This document shows positions 27,655 through 41,951 of a DNA stretch of 64,000 bases, piece by piece. Position 1 is the stretch's first letter, and the number at the start of each line of letters is the position of its first letter. The DNA is taken from NCBI RefSeq assembly GCF_009914755.1, contig NC_060936.1; one strand, written 5' to 3'. Source of the DNA: the human T2T-CHM13v2.0 reference genome, Homo sapiens. The position numbers were made by a program, and so were the translations under genes. The notes under the pieces are model-generated. The model saw nothing but the letters and a program-made list of their open reading frames with translations. It searched no databases and was not told where the DNA came from.

Positions 27655-30600
27655 ATTCTCTTGGTCAAGAAAATGGACTTCGGCTGGCTCACATCTTGAG
27701 GAATTATTTTAAATAGACCATATAAATTATTTCTTTTCATCTTATGTAGTTGATTCGCTCCTCCAAATATAAAAAGGTCACTAAAATAAAAAATGTTCTG
27801 TAGTTTTAAGCATCCAGTGTTGTGAGGAGAGAAAATACTGATTTTTCTTTTCTAAATTTAAAGAAAACAAGCTTGCAGTACAATCTTAAGATTCTTGTTA
27901 GTGCAGCAGGCTCCACAACTCATAAATCATAATGTGCTTCCTTGCAGCATCCTCTTTACATGTAGCTGAATTAAAAAAGCAATAAAGGGTGAACAAAAGT
28001 ATCTCTGGTTTCTGTTAGAATGAGTGCTATGTCCACACATCTCTGCCTGCTTTTCAAACCAGTAATCCATCAAGTCTCAAGACAAAGAAATAAACAGTTC
28101 TGGTCAACTCATCACTGAACGAATGTGCTAATGTCCTTCTCTCTGGGTCTGGGTACCATTATTCCACAGCCGGAGTAACATGTACAATTTGTGTTTTCCC
28201 TTATTTAAACTAATGATTGCCTTTGTTAGAAACTACCATGGAAATATTATTCCCTGCAAGATGCCAAACTACCACAAGTCCAGAAAAGTCTGCACCCTTC
28301 CTAAACAATGGTTGACAGGTTAAAAATTGTACTTCCGAGAACACAAATAATATCTAAGCCAAAAATAACCTAATCTAAAAGCACTTAAATTATTCAGGCT
28401 GCTCTTTCACCTAAAGCAAATTGGCAGAATTGGTAAATTAAATAAGGTAACATCTTACAAAAGGTCTCTTTTGTGGAAGGAAGTGAACGGATGTTACGGG
28501 ATGTTGCCCCATAACAGAGTGTCCTCAAAAAGATCAAGGGGAAAATCTACTGTTCTTGTAAATTGCCCAACTTAAATTCAAGCTCTCAGCAAATGTTTGT
28601 TGAAGCAAATTAAAATCAATAAATTTCTTGGAGGCTTAAATCACATAAAATAAATTGAAGATTATAAATTATCACCACAATGAATTATTCTTCAATTAAT
28701 ACTCTTCCACAGAAGACAAATATGTGCTGCTGATGGATACAGTGGATAACAGCCAGGAGGAAGGTTTTCCTGGCAATACCCACATTTTGAGAGTTATCAC
28801 AGGAATGCTATCATGGCCCAATCTGAGCTCCAGACAGAACTTAGCACCCTACTTCACGGGTGTCAATGGGAGGATGCCTTTCTCATGAGGGAGATGTTTA
28901 GGGGAAATTATTGCCTTGTCGGTTTCCTTTTCCCATGTAATATATTCCCTTTTCACTTCCCAATAGAATTTAAAGCATTTCAAGCAGTAGATAGTAAAAC
29001 AGATTAAATGTATTATAAAATGCCCCAAGATTTGGAATCTAGAGAATTCCAAATTTTATAATATTAAAATACATAAAATAGTTAATAATTAAAATGGATC
29101 AGAAGCCATTTAGGAAGTAATGAAATCAAAACCAGTATGTGAATTCATATAGAAAGACAAACTCTGCTGGTAATAAAATGTTGGAGGAGTTTTTCAAATG
29201 ATACTTCCTTTGGAAGACCTTAAGAAGCAGAGCACATAATGTCTTCAATCACTCATTTATTCAGCCACTGTTTATTGAAAGCACCTACTATGTGCACTAC
29301 AATTTTGCTTAAGAAATATTCTGCTTCTCAGCTTGACTTCTGATCAAAGGGACATATAATTAAATTATCATTCCACAAATACATTCTACCAGAAAACTAA
29401 GGTTTAGTGATGCAACTTGGCCCAACAACGGAGATGTGTCTCTTGTACTCTCCAGTACCCCTGCAAACATACTTCAGCAGGAGGCTGTCTGTGCAAGCTT
29501 GGGCTCTGTGATGAGTGCTACAGGATGTGGGAGCCTAAGTTTTTAATTGATGTCAAACAAGCAGAATAAAGATTATCTTTTGACACTTAGGGATACAATT
29601 TTCATCTTTGTTTCATGGAAACAATCCAACCTCCATATATGGGCAGACTACAGGGTTCTTGTGAGCAAGAGCAATTTTGTTTTACCAAAAATGAAAATAT
29701 ATTTTCAGCTGTTCTTACATTGTATATGATGTAAGTGCCTTTCCTCAGAAAAATATTTTAAGGCAGATATGCATTAATAGTGTGCTGTATTGATCATACC
29801 TCTTTAACATGATAAATTTAAAGGAACACTGCAGCTTGATGCTCCTGACCAAGATGGGTTAGCTGTAAATGGGTCCTGAAGGTTGTGATCCCAATTTTGT
29901 GCAGCAGCATGGAATTCTAAAATAGAGTTGCATGTGTCCTCTCACCAAGATGTAGAAAAATGCCTAGTGATCCATAGAAGAGAAGGACAATAATAACATC
30001 TGCCCTATACAAACATGAACTGTTATCCCTCCTTACCCAAAAAAGGTTTATGCCTAAGACATATTGAAAAGCTGGTCCCCCCCACTTACTCCCCCAACCC
30101 TAAAAGAGCAAAACATTGACAAATGTCCATCGCATTCTAAGTGACTTGGCTATGTGAAATCATTCCTGGCTGACAAGGAATATAAAAATATGTGCTCCCC
30201 ATTCTCTAACTCCTTACCAAACCTCTCAGCACCACCCTTGCCACTGCCTTCCCCATTCAGAAAGAATGGTTACTGCCCTCTTTACAGGGGAGAAGCCAGG
30301 GCCCGCTCACGGCTTGTTTTAGAAGGTGCACATGAGAAGCTGCCACTTCTTCCCCCACTCCCAGAATAGATGTGGTTCAAAGGTGTATCTGGCAAGCTTC
30401 CAATCATTTGAAGCAAATGTGTAGAAGTGCTCCAAAATAGGATGTCAGAAAGCATATTGCCCTCATAGCCTGCTAAAATAAATAGAGAGAGGGATATGTG
30501 GAGGAAACGATACCAATTACCCATGCTGGAGCCTGCCCAAGTCAGAACAACTAACACACCTTAAATGTGTAAATAATCACCCTCAGTATTTTAATGAGTT

Positions 30601-31029
30601 CAGTAATGGAGAGTCATCTTTTCTTCATCCATTTCACCTCCAAAACAGCACTCCTTACAACTCAGTCTCTATTAACAATCTGCTGAGACATTAATTGAAT
30701 ATTGACCCAAAGAAATGTCTGCTACCTGTGGCATCACTACAACTCCCCAGTTGAAAACCAGCTCTAAATCTGAGATACAGCAAGGAAAGAATTCCATCTC
30801 ACCACTTTGATTATACTTTAACTGCTAGTACTTGGAAGCCAATGAACTTAAAAAATAAGGAAAAAAAATTCAAGACAGCTGCAGTATAATGAAAAAAGCC
30901 ATGGATTAGCAGTCAGGAGTCTCAGCTTTCTATTACTGTTCTGTTCTTCCAAACTGTGACTATAACTATGGACCATTTGTTAGTTTATTCTTTTATTAGA
31001 CTATTTATTAAGTGTCTACTCTGAGCTAA

Positions 31030-31348
<319 letters not shown>

Positions 31349-31809
31349 CACTGTGCCAATTTTTGTTAAAAGGCAATATTTATATCTATTCTGACCAACA
31401 CACAGGGTTGTCGTAAGAATTAAACAAAATTACTTATGTGGTAGTGCTTAGCAAACAATAAAGCACTGTGCAATTATGAAGCAACTATTATCAAAAACAT
31501 TCTAACTGCTTGAATCCGCATCTGATCACCACGTGGAGGAGTGTATATGTATATAAATGGAATTTGTGGGTACATGATATGTAAATTATGCACAATGAGA
31601 AAAGTATTATAAGATATGTGAGCTATAACAAGTGAAATATAATTTGGAGAATGAATGGAAATGGAGAAGCAGAATATTTAGGTGAGGAAAATAGTGACCT
31701 TTTGTAAATCCCCATAAATTAACTGTGCATGGGGCTAAAAGTAAGTTACAATTTAGAAGACAATAAACTGAGAGAAGCAATAGAAAAAGGTACTTTATGC
31801 TCTTTTCTG

Positions 31810-32005
31810 GAACCAGGTTGTCTGGGTTTAATTACTTGCTCTAGCATTTATAGCTGTTGCCTAGGAAAAGTTGCTTAATATCTGTGCCTCAGTTTCCTTA
31901 CCGTCAAAATGTGCTCAATTATAGTATTCAGCCTCTGGAATTGTTGGGAGGATTAAATAAGCTAACACATATAAAGTAAGTGTTATACGGTGCATTGTAA
32001 GTCTA
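31810..32005 (+). mobile_element. MIR
   Basis: TCTGGGTTTAA...TCTGTGCCTCAGTTTCCT...GTTGGGAGGATTAAATAAG core. Confidence 0.75.
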
Positions 32006-32329
32006 CCTAAAGATGAGCTATTTAACATGCAGATACTTTTCTTTTACATTTAAGGGGGTTATTAGAAATAATGATGCTTAAAAATTATTAAATCATAAAT
32101 CAATTCAGTGAATGTTACTATAAGCACATATGTAGGTTTTTATGTCATTCCTTATTCAGAAATCTACAAAGGCTTCATTTTATCTACCATAAACAGTCTA
32201 AAGTCATTTATTGGCTTTTAAATCGCTATATTTTCATACACTATCCAAACATTTCTCACAACTTCTAATATGAATGCTACATTTCAGTTAAGTCAATTTA
32301 TCCCTCTGTTGGTTCTTTTCCATTAGCGT

Positions 32330-33600
32330 AAATACACACTAAATCTCCCATCTTTTTTAAAAAAACTTTTTTGATCTTATTTTCTATTTTGTTCACTTTT
32401 ACAGCAAAACTCCTTAAAAGATTTTTCTGTGCTTACTGTCTGAACTTCCTGTTTTATTCTCTCTTGAACTTTCTCTAATTGGGTTTCACTCCCTGCTAGT
32501 CTCGCTAAAACAGCTCCTGTCAAGGTCACCAATGATTTTAACATTGCCAAGCCCAACTGTCATTTCTCAAGGCTCCTTATACTCATCTATTCAGCAGAAT
32601 TTGACATTACTGATGACTTCCTGCTTTTGAAACAGTTCCTTCATGTTGGCCTGCAAAACAGTTTTCAGTTCTTCTCCCGTATCACTTTCAGTCTTCTTTG
32701 CTGGCTCTTTCTCATCTTCCTGCCCTCTAAACGTTCATATAACTCAGGTCTTGATCCTCACACCTCTGGTGTCTCTCTACTAAACCCCCTAGCTCATCTC
32801 CTCTATTATGCAGTCTTAAAAAATTATCTAAGGGCAGACTTCTCTCAAATTTGTATTTGCAGATCATTCCTACCTTCTGAAATCCAGACACATAACCTAC
32901 TACTAGTATTTGGTTCCATTTAGAAGTCCATAAAAACCTCAAAGCTAATGTGTCCTATAGAATGTTTGATAATTTCTCCCATACCTGCTACTACCACCAT
33001 ATCCCTAATTTCAGCAAATGGAAACTCCATTCAGAAGAATCTTTACTGATTCCCCTCTTTCTCTCACACTCCACAGGCTTCAATCCATAGGCTTATAGTA
33101 AAGCCTATAAGCTCTTTGTTGAAAATACATCTAACCAATTTTCACAGCTTCCACCACTCCCTAAACCCTCTTTGCCTCTCACTTGGACTTCTTGCAAGAA
33201 CATCCCTGCTTCTGCCCTGCTTTCCCTACTGTTTGTTCCTACATAGCAGCTAGAGTGAGCCTTTGATATAAGTCAAACTGTGTCACTGCTCCCCTCAAAA
33301 TGTCTAAATGGTTTCCCACTTCACTGAGACTCAAACCCAACATCTTCACCATATACCTAAGGCACTACTGAACTGGCTGCTACTTCCTCTTTAACCTCAT
33401 TCATCACTACTCACCACCTCCTCCAATCCCCTTTTTCTGCTCCAACTATACCACTCTTCCTTTTCTTGTAAAACATCCCTATGCAAGAAGACAAGCTCCA
33501 TGAGAGTAGAAATTTTGGTGTTTCATAAACTGCTATATCCCCTAAATCAAGAAAAATGCCTTGTGATTTCCTATGTTTGTTGAAAGAATAGACTGAATGA
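32330..33600 (+). mobile_element. L2 (ORF2 remnant to 3' end)
   Basis: CTCCTGTCAAGGTCACCAATGA (L2 RT 'KVTND' motif), AAGCTCCATGAGAGTAG, ending TTTGTTGAAAGAATAGACTGAATGA. Confidence 0.75.
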
Positions 33601-34899
33601 TTAATCTCTTTGTATTGTACACAAATAATAGCTCCTACACATTGAGTGCCATGCCTGATGCCTGCATCATGTCAAACCTTCATGAAAACTCTGAAGACAA
33701 GCATTATTCTTATTATGTAGATGAGAAAATGAAGCCCAGGAAGATTACATTTCATGTCCAAAATCACACAGCTAGAAACTGGCCACGCTGAAGTTTTAAC
33801 CAGAGGCTGTCCTCTTTTCATTAAGCCTCTCTGCTCACTAAACATTCTGCGCTCATTACTGTTCCCTAAACTGGGCTGATGTCCTTACCATGTCCAGAAT
33901 GCCCTCCTTCTAACTCTAAATCTCAGATGTCAACTACAAATCAATGCTTCTCATTAATTTCCTTTATTGACTTCCCACTCATCCATATAAGTCATTCCAA
34001 TTTTTATCAATGTCTCCATTCTCAGAACTAAAGCTCTTAAAGTTTATAAAGAATGAAAATAATCTCAAGTGTACATGCTTTTCTGTAATTTTCTAATGTA
34101 TATGTGTATGTTGGTCTACCCAAACACAATTGGGGGCTTTACTATAGAACCTATTTCATTAAAATGTCTGTCTCATCTAGTGGCGATTGAGAATGTTCAT
34201 AGCAAGGGTTAAATGATGTATTACCTTGAAGACACACAAATATGTAAAAGAACACAAGGTTCTTTTGACCTAGGTGTCAAAAGCTACAAACTTTAGTGTT
34301 GCCATTCAGAAATTTCTGTCATTGGCCATAAGAGCACAAAGAGTAGATGCCCATTTGCTCAGACTAAAGTCTCATAGATCAGGATTTTCCTTTCTGTCCA
34401 TGCTAATCCCTAATTTTCCTCATGGTGTAAATTGGGGACTCTTCACAAACGGTCACTGTTAAATACAGACAATGAAAATAATCTTTAATTTTCTAACACA
34501 GAGACTAAAGTGTTCATGTTCGTGGGATGTTTATTTGCCTTGAGTGCTGCTTCTCTGTCCCCCTCCAAAAGGCAGATGAAAGATTCATGTTCCTTAAACA
34601 GTACTTCCCTCATAGTGCTCCCTCTCTCATAACACCCTGCACAGCTCTCTACTACCACCTATAGATGAAAGCTAGACTTCTCAATCTGACACTGAAAACC
34701 TCTCACAACCAGATCCTGCTCTCTACATACTAATGGTCCACAACTTTGTAACTAACACTCTTGCTTGCTTTTAAGTAATACAATTAGATATTCTATGCAC
34801 ATGACACATTTACTCTATCCTTTGTCCCCTTTCACAGATATGTTCACTTGACCCATTCAACCTTTTCCACCCCCCACTTTAACATTAACATTGTCACCA

Positions 34900-36345
34900 T
34901 CCTTCAGAGTCCATATCTCCACTGAGAAAAGGGAAGCCACCAAAGTGGAGCTCTGTCACCATCATAACTTCATGCAGACAAACCCATCTATCTGTTCAAG
35001 CCTGCTTTTCCTTCTTCTCTCTTGATACACTGAGAAAATATCACTATCTTATTAACACTCAATGTCTCCAGCCATGCTCTGGATACCTCCTTCCTCCTGT
35101 TGCCTTTTCAAGACTTCTCTCAAGACCTCTCTCCTGAAACTCTAGTCTCTCACCCTCTCCTGAGTAATTCTCATTAACATTCAAATATGCTCCAAAATAT
35201 CCCACCTTAAGGTAGGAGGAAGACCTCATTTAATTCTGTTCCTCATAGCTAAATTCTCAAGAGTTTCTAAATAAAATACCTCCATTTTTTTCATGCCATT
35301 CTTCAGTCCATTCTAATCATATTTCTAATCATTTTTCCCTCAAAATTGTTCTGGTCAAAGTCACCAATGATCTCCATCTTTTCAAGTTTAATGGACTCTC
35401 CCTTCCTCATTTTTTTATATTCTAGTAGCTTTTGACACAGTTGTCCACTCAATCTCCCTTCGTTTCCGTATCTGTGTATTCACAGCTTTCTTCTTACTTG
35501 CCTGGAGACTTTTTCTTAGCCTCTTTTCTGGTTCTTTCTCTGCTATCTCAACTCTGAATTTTTATTTAGGGTTTGAGCCTGGGCCAGCTCTTCTCTCTAA
35601 ACTCTAAAATACATCCTGAACATGCTCACTTCTCTGCATTTGCACTGACACCATCCCATTCTAGACCATCCTTTTTACTAGCCTAGTCCACTGCAACTGC
35701 CCCCTAACTGTCTGCCTGTCTCATATTTCTCCAATTAGCCACTCAACAAGAGTGTTCCTATTAACATAAATTAGTCCACTTCTGTCTACTGTGTCATACT
35801 CTCAGAGGCTTCCCATATCCACAGAATAAAACCCAACTTCCTTATAATGTTCTCCAAGGCTACACATAATCTCCCCTTTTCTCCTATGAGACTTCAGTCA
35901 TCTTATGCCACTGTCACTCCTAGCTCATTATTCTTCAGACACAATAGTCTTTCCTTAGTTTCCCAAATAACCTAAGTTATTTCCCATATCAGAGCCTTTA
36001 CGCTTCCTATACCCTGTTCAAGAATGTACTTCTCCCATCTCCACATGACTAGTTCCTTCAAAGTCATCAATGTCACCTCCTTAGAGATTTTTACCATGAT
36101 CTCACAATTCGTTTCAAATGTCTTCTTCACTACATTTTCTCTAATTGTATACTATGTTTTATCACAGCACTTCTCAGTAATTATTTTTGTTTGTTTTGGG
36201 TTTTTATTTTTTATTTGTTTCGTCTGTCTTCTCTATTAGAATACAGCCTGGGACCAGGTCGACCTTTTTCAATGTTGTGTCTTTCCATGGCTAACATTGT
36301 GCCTGGTTCATAGGGTACTCAGCAAACACATGTTGAATGAATTGA
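34900..36345 (+). mobile_element. L2 (ORF2 remnant to 3' end)
   Basis: TTCTGGTCAAAGTCACCAATGATCTCC..., ending GTGCCTGG..CATAGG..CTCAGCAAACACATGTTGAATGAAT. Confidence 0.72.
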
Positions 36346-36374
36346 TAATTATGTGCAAGATTTAAGGGTACATT

Positions 36375-36690
36375 TGATTACATAGTATGTGATTCCATTT
36401 ATATGAAGTATTCAGAATAGGCACATCAAAAGGGACAAAAAGTAGATGAGCAGTTGTTACGGCTTAGGGTAGATGAGAGAAATGGAGAGTGACTGCTAAA
36501 GAGTATAAAGTTTCCTTGGAGGTTGATAAAACATGTTCTAAAACTGATTGTGGTGATCAATAAATAAGCATTTATTTATTCTGTAACAAATAAATAAGCA
36601 TTTGTATATTCTGTAAATATGCAAAAATCATTCAATTGTACATTTGGGGTGAATTGTATGGTATGTAAATCATGTCCCAATAATTCTGTC
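36375..36690 (+). mobile_element. L1MB/L1MC 3'UTR fragment
   Basis: TGATTCCATTTATATGAAGT..CAGAATAGGCA...GAGTGACTGCTAA...GTGAATTGTATGGTATGTAAAT. Confidence 0.75.
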
Positions 36691-37012
36691 CCCCTCCTCC
36701 CCCACAAAAAGACAATTGGCTAATCCATTAGTTGATTTTTTTTTCTTTTGACATTGTATTGATAAGAAATATTTAGTAGCACACATTTTATTTGTTTTTA
36801 TAGTCCTTAAGGGTACTATAAAAATAAATGACTATAGGATAATGCTAATAAGGCAGTCAAATAATAAAGAAGTATTTATTCAACACTTGCTATATACAGT
36901 GCAAAGTACTGGAGATAATCAAAAAGAAAAATGCCTCCACACTGCCATTAAAGAGTTTAAGGAACCAATTTAATTCAGATTAAGATGACTAAAAGGAAAC
37001 AGTGAAGATCAC

Positions 37013-37519
37013 TGTATCAGAAACCTCCTGTGACCCATTTCCCATCCTCCCACAACCCTTTTTACTCCAACCGATGTTTCAGTAACAAGCTGTGAGCAGG
37101 TGCAGTCCTTCACCTCAGCTTTCTACCAGGGGCTTCCACTCAGCCAAGTGGGACACTGCAGAATCGCTCAGTCATTTCAATGTGTGTGCAAAGTTGGAGG
37201 AGGTGGGAGTGAACAACTGTTGCAACTCTTGCCTACATGGGAGCTGATGCATAAATACTCCAGTCTTCTGTGTCTCAGGTGTACAATTCTCCAATGTACT
37301 ATACACCAATTCTCAAAGTTTGATCAGTGGGACTGAGTCACAGCTGCCCACAGTTGTAAGCAGATCAAAAATGCACCTCAAATAGGCTTTCACTCTTCTC
37401 CTCTTTCTCTCTTCCAAGCACTCCACTTATGTACCCTGGCATCACTTCCCCAAATAAGCTACCTGTATGAAAGCCCTTGTCTCAGGTTCCGCTTTGGGGT
37501 GGGAGGGATCTAAGTCTCA
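37013..37519 (+). mobile_element. ERVL solo LTR (LTR16-like)
   Basis: 3' end TCCCCAAATAAGCTACCTGTATGAAAGCCCTTGTCTCAGGTTCCGCTTTGGGG resembles the LTR16 terminus; GATGCATAAATACTCCAG; about 500 bp. Confidence 0.65.
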
Positions 37520-37657
37520 AGCAATTTCCAAAGTCTATTTCTCTATTTTTATAACCTTACCAAGAAAAAACAAAATTTCTGAATCCAAAGCATAGCATAC
37601 TGTCAATCAGATCAGATGACCATAAATCCTGCTTAGTCTGCACATTTGCCAAGCTAT

Positions 37658-37877
37658 TTCATTCAACAGTTCATGCATTCCTTTATTAAATATTGATCAT
37701 CCACTATTATCTAGGCTCTCTTCTGGATTCTAGAAATATATCAGTGGACATAAAATCCACCCTTTCTGGAGGTTGTATTCCAGCAGGAAGAAACAAAAAA
37801 TAATAAACAAATAAACACATAAAAAAGTGTATATATGTATATGTGTGTGTGTATATAGATACATACTAGACTATATG

Positions 37878-37924
<47 letters not shown>

Positions 37925-38430
37925 CCCATTAAGTGGTCGTAAGTGCAATTTAAAAAAGTAAAATAATGAGTGATGGCAACAGACTATGATCAGAGAAGGG
38001 TTCTATAGAAAAGCGATATTTGAGCAAGGATCTGAATAAAGTGATTCATGAGAATATCTGGGGGAAATAATCCGAGGCAAAGGGAACTGCAAGGGTAAAG
38101 ACCTGCTATTAGTAATGAGCTTGGTACAGTCAAGGAAGAGCAAGAAAGCAGTACAGCTAGTGTCAAATGAGCAGGGGCAACAGTGGAAAGAGAGGCCCAG
38201 TGGCTCTTACAGCCCAAGGTACAAAAAAGTTAGATTTCATTCCAAAAGTAAAAGGAAGTATTTGGGGAGTTAAGAAAAGGGGAGGTGGTGACAAAATTGG
38301 ATTTACATTTCTGTAAGATGATTCTAGCTATTATATGACAAATTCACTGTGGGAGGGCAAGAGAGGAACCAAGGAGATCAGTGAGAAACACTAAACAGCA
38401 ATCCAGGAGACAGATGACAGCAGAGAAAGA
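37658..38430 (-). mobile_element. L2 (antisense) carrying a microsatellite
   Basis: TTCATTCAACA...CCCTTTCTGGAGGTTGTATTCCAGCAGG...GATATTTGAGCAAGGATCTGAA. Confidence 0.7.
37827..37922. repeat. Compound (TG)n/(TA)n microsatellite
   Basis: GTGTATATATGTATATGTGTGTGTG...(TG)n(TA)n. Confidence 0.9.
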
Positions 38431-39168
38431 TGAAGGGAAGAAGAAACCATTCCAATGACTTTACATGTTTAAAAAAAAGTGGAGGGACCTGTTAGTTCCA
38501 CTTAAGCATTGTTTTTTGGATTTTTTTTTTCAAATAAACATTTTCACAAAAAGCTGTTCATATTTGAACAAAGTTAATTTTAAATGTTTTTTAAAATAAC
38601 AAAGTATAAAACTGCCCTGAGATATGACATAGTATTCCTACAATTTACAAAGAAAAATGGAGACTAATTTCTATGCACCTATTTTTAAGAAAATAACTTA
38701 GATCGATCCCCCTCAGTTCCAATCTGCAGGAAATCATGGGTCAGATGTAAATTACACAGTCAGGAGGGAAAAGAAAATCCTAGATACACTGCTCTAAAGA
38801 TTAAAAAATCACAAGGAATTTGATGAGAACAAATATAAGGAAAGAATTTAAGGAATAAGTCAGAGCAAGTAAAAGGAGAGTGGAAATTTTCCTTAAAAAT
38901 GCAGTTGCCCATTCCTGTCATTCAGGACATCAATATGAGGGGAAATAACAGGTTTCAAGTGAAGCTACAAAATTACATCTTCACAGATTTCTTAAATAAG
39001 TGCAATATAGCATTATATTTTTAAAATATTTCCAGAAAACTTTATTTTTAAACACCTTTTGCATGTTCATTTATATTAACTCCTCCCCTTACCCTCATCT
39101 TAAAAAGATAGCGCTCTCATGAAGATTGAGCCTAGACGTAAAAATGCAAACAATACTTTTTTATACCA

Positions 39169-39179
39169 CAGGTAAGTAT
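39169..39179 (+). other. Perfect 5' splice-site consensus overlapping a 3' splice-site-like tract
   Basis: CTTTTTTATACCACAG|GTAAGTAT; 11/11 complement to the U1 snRNA 5' end. No transcript evidence. Confidence 0.35.
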
Positions 39180-39284
39180 CTTTCCCCTCTTTAACCAAAA
39201 TTTCAGATATTAAAGGCCAACATTTCTAACTGATATGCATATATAAAAGCATTTAATAGTCACAGTTATATTAAGTGTATACTA

Positions 39285-39400
39285 TTATTTTTCCCATTTT
39301 ACAGATGGGGAAACTGAAGCTCCAAGGAGTTAAATGTCTTGACCAAGGTCTCACAGCTGGAAGCCAGAATTTAAAGCCATGAAGTCTGGCTCCATACTCT
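39285..39400 (-). mobile_element. MIR
   Basis: CCCATTTTACAGATGGGGAAACTGAAGCTC...CTTGACCAAGGTCTCACAGCTGG core. Confidence 0.85.
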
Positions 39401-41104
39401 CAACCACTGTAAATATCACCTTGTAATGTACTATACAGATGGTAGCTTGGTTCAGAAGAAAAAACAAAAATAGAAGAAACACGTGGAGGATGTAATTGAA
39501 GAAAAACAAGGGAGGGGCTGGGAATACACATCTCTCCTCAACAGCTAATTCTACCAACTGCAGGGAAGGCACAAGTAACATCTGATCCTGCCAAACAGCT
39601 CACCTAGAAGTATTAGAGATTCACCTCCCGTATTGCAGGCAGCAGCTCATATCCTGAGGATTTTCTTCTGGTAGCAGCAGTTGAGTGCTAACCTGCTCTG
39701 TAACAATATAGGGCATCTTGCCAAGGAAGCTGGGTTTTTATTCAGCTGCATGAACGAGATCTAGTTTCAAATACAAGACTTCCTTACTACTTATTCTAGA
39801 GATTTCATTTAAGACTGAAAAATATACTGGCCATAAGAAGATCTTAATATGAGAGGAAACAGTTCTATTTAATTCTAGGGGGTAGTTCCCAACCTAACTG
39901 AATGACAAATTCAAAATATCATTCAGCTAAAGCATGCCCCTTCTTCAGAAATGGTCTCATGTCCCATACGCTTCATGCAATAGCCTCAGCACAATACAAT
40001 TAGCTGACTTTGTTATAAACAATGGCTTTCATTCAATAGTATCCTAACTTAACCTCATACAAATCCAACTAAGAAGATTTGTCAGGTATTAATATCTACA
40101 TCTGCTAGATAAGAAAGCAAAAGGACAGGGAGTTTTAAAGTCTTGCATAAGATTACATAACTAGGGGAAGTATGGAGAAAATATGTGGATACGGCTTCCT
40201 AAAATTCAAGATTAGGCCATTCGTTCATTCATTGTTGGTGAATTGACAAATCAACTGGTGACTGAAATCCTGTCATGTGCCCAGCTCCATGCTAATCAAC
40301 AGAGTTCTGTAGAGAACAATTTGAAACTCCCAAGCAAGTATTTAATCCACCTGTGCCTGTTTCTGTATCCGTATGCTGAAGCGAATACTAGTACTATATC
40401 CCAGAATTGTTGAGAAAATTAAAGGAGGCATTGCATATCAGCATTTAGCACAGTGTCTGGCACAAATTATTATGATATTTTTAAAATCCTGCAATTAGAG
40501 CTGTCTAATAATGATTGAACTCCTCTTACCAGAAAAGTAGAGAGATAGGCTGAATAACATTTATCATTAACTAATGGATAAAGCCTGTTCCAAACCTATG
40601 AGACTGTGGGAAAGAGGTAGCATCTTGGCTCATATAGGTTCTTTTCCTCCCTACTTGTTGATATAGGAGAGCTTTCTCAGAAATTTTCATACATTTCCAA
40701 AGATGATACAAACAAATGAAAAATTAATATGATTTTCAGAGACACACCAAAATAAATCAGATGCTTAGATTAACTACTCATTTATTTTTCCATTAAGATC
40801 AATGTCATTTTCCATTACTTATACTTTTTTAAAAGAAAACCAAATATAGCAACTAAAACTAAATCACAGGAAAAAGTTAATAAATGTGGCTGTTATTAGT
40901 TTAACCCTGTACATTAGCATTCTAATGCATACTGCCTGTGTAGTCCTTTACTTTCTTCAGAGGTTTTCATTATCCTAACTATATTAAGAGGAGCTCAAAG
41001 AAAGAAACCACATCATATGTTTTTCTTAATTCCCTGCCATACTTTCCAGCACATAGTAGTTGGCAAATACCTTGATACGGCCATGGTAGCTGTGAACTAG
41101 ATTC

Positions 41105-41660
41105 CATACCAAATGTTGGCAAGGATGTGGAGTACATGGACCTCTCATGCATTACAGGAGGGAGTCAAAGTTGTTACACCAGTATTGGAAAAGTGTCTGA
41201 CAGTATTTTCAAAAACTGTACATATACACACCCTATGACCTAACAATTTCACTACTGGTATGTGTTTATATGGCAACTCTACAGCAATACTACAGTGATA
41301 TATCTATGTATTTAAACATGCATAAATATGTGCACACACAAAAAAATGTACAAAGGTGTTTAAAGCAGTATTATGTGGAATATCCCCAAGCTGGAACAAT
41401 AGAAATATTCTTCCAAGGTATAATAAATACATTGTGGTATATTCATATGATAGAATACTATGCAGCAATGCAAATAACGTATTGTCTTTCATATCATTCT
41501 CACCAACATGTTAAGCAAAAGAAATAAGGTTCAAATAAGTTTATACTCTAAGATTCCATTTATATAAAGGTCCAAAGCAGGTAGGATGGATCTATAGTGA
41601 TAGGATGCAGAATAGTAATTACCTGTGGGAGAGGGACATGAGAATAACTTCTAGAGTACT
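41105..41660 (+). mobile_element. Old L1M (L1ME/MC-like) fragment
   Basis: ATACCAAATGTTGGCAAGGATGTGGAG...ACCCTATGACCTAACAATTTCACTACTGG...GAATACTATGCAGCAATG. Confidence 0.7.
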
Positions 41661-41951
41661 AGCAATAAAAATATTTATAGAAGTAAAAAGCCACAGGACC
41701 AATATCATTGTGCTCCACTGCTCTCTTCCCCCTGCCTATTGAATCAATGTAATTTATTAACATTCTACAGAAATAACAAAAGGCAGGGGAAAGAACATTG
41801 TAGCAAAAACCCTGAACTTCCTTGAGGTTCCACTGCTGCTTGGAACTAGCTACAAGGTTATTTAAGTTGCTAAAATTTTTTGTTCCTTCTCATCTCTAAA
41901 ATAAATGTATTGAACTGATCTCTTTTATCCATTCAGCAACACAATATATAG

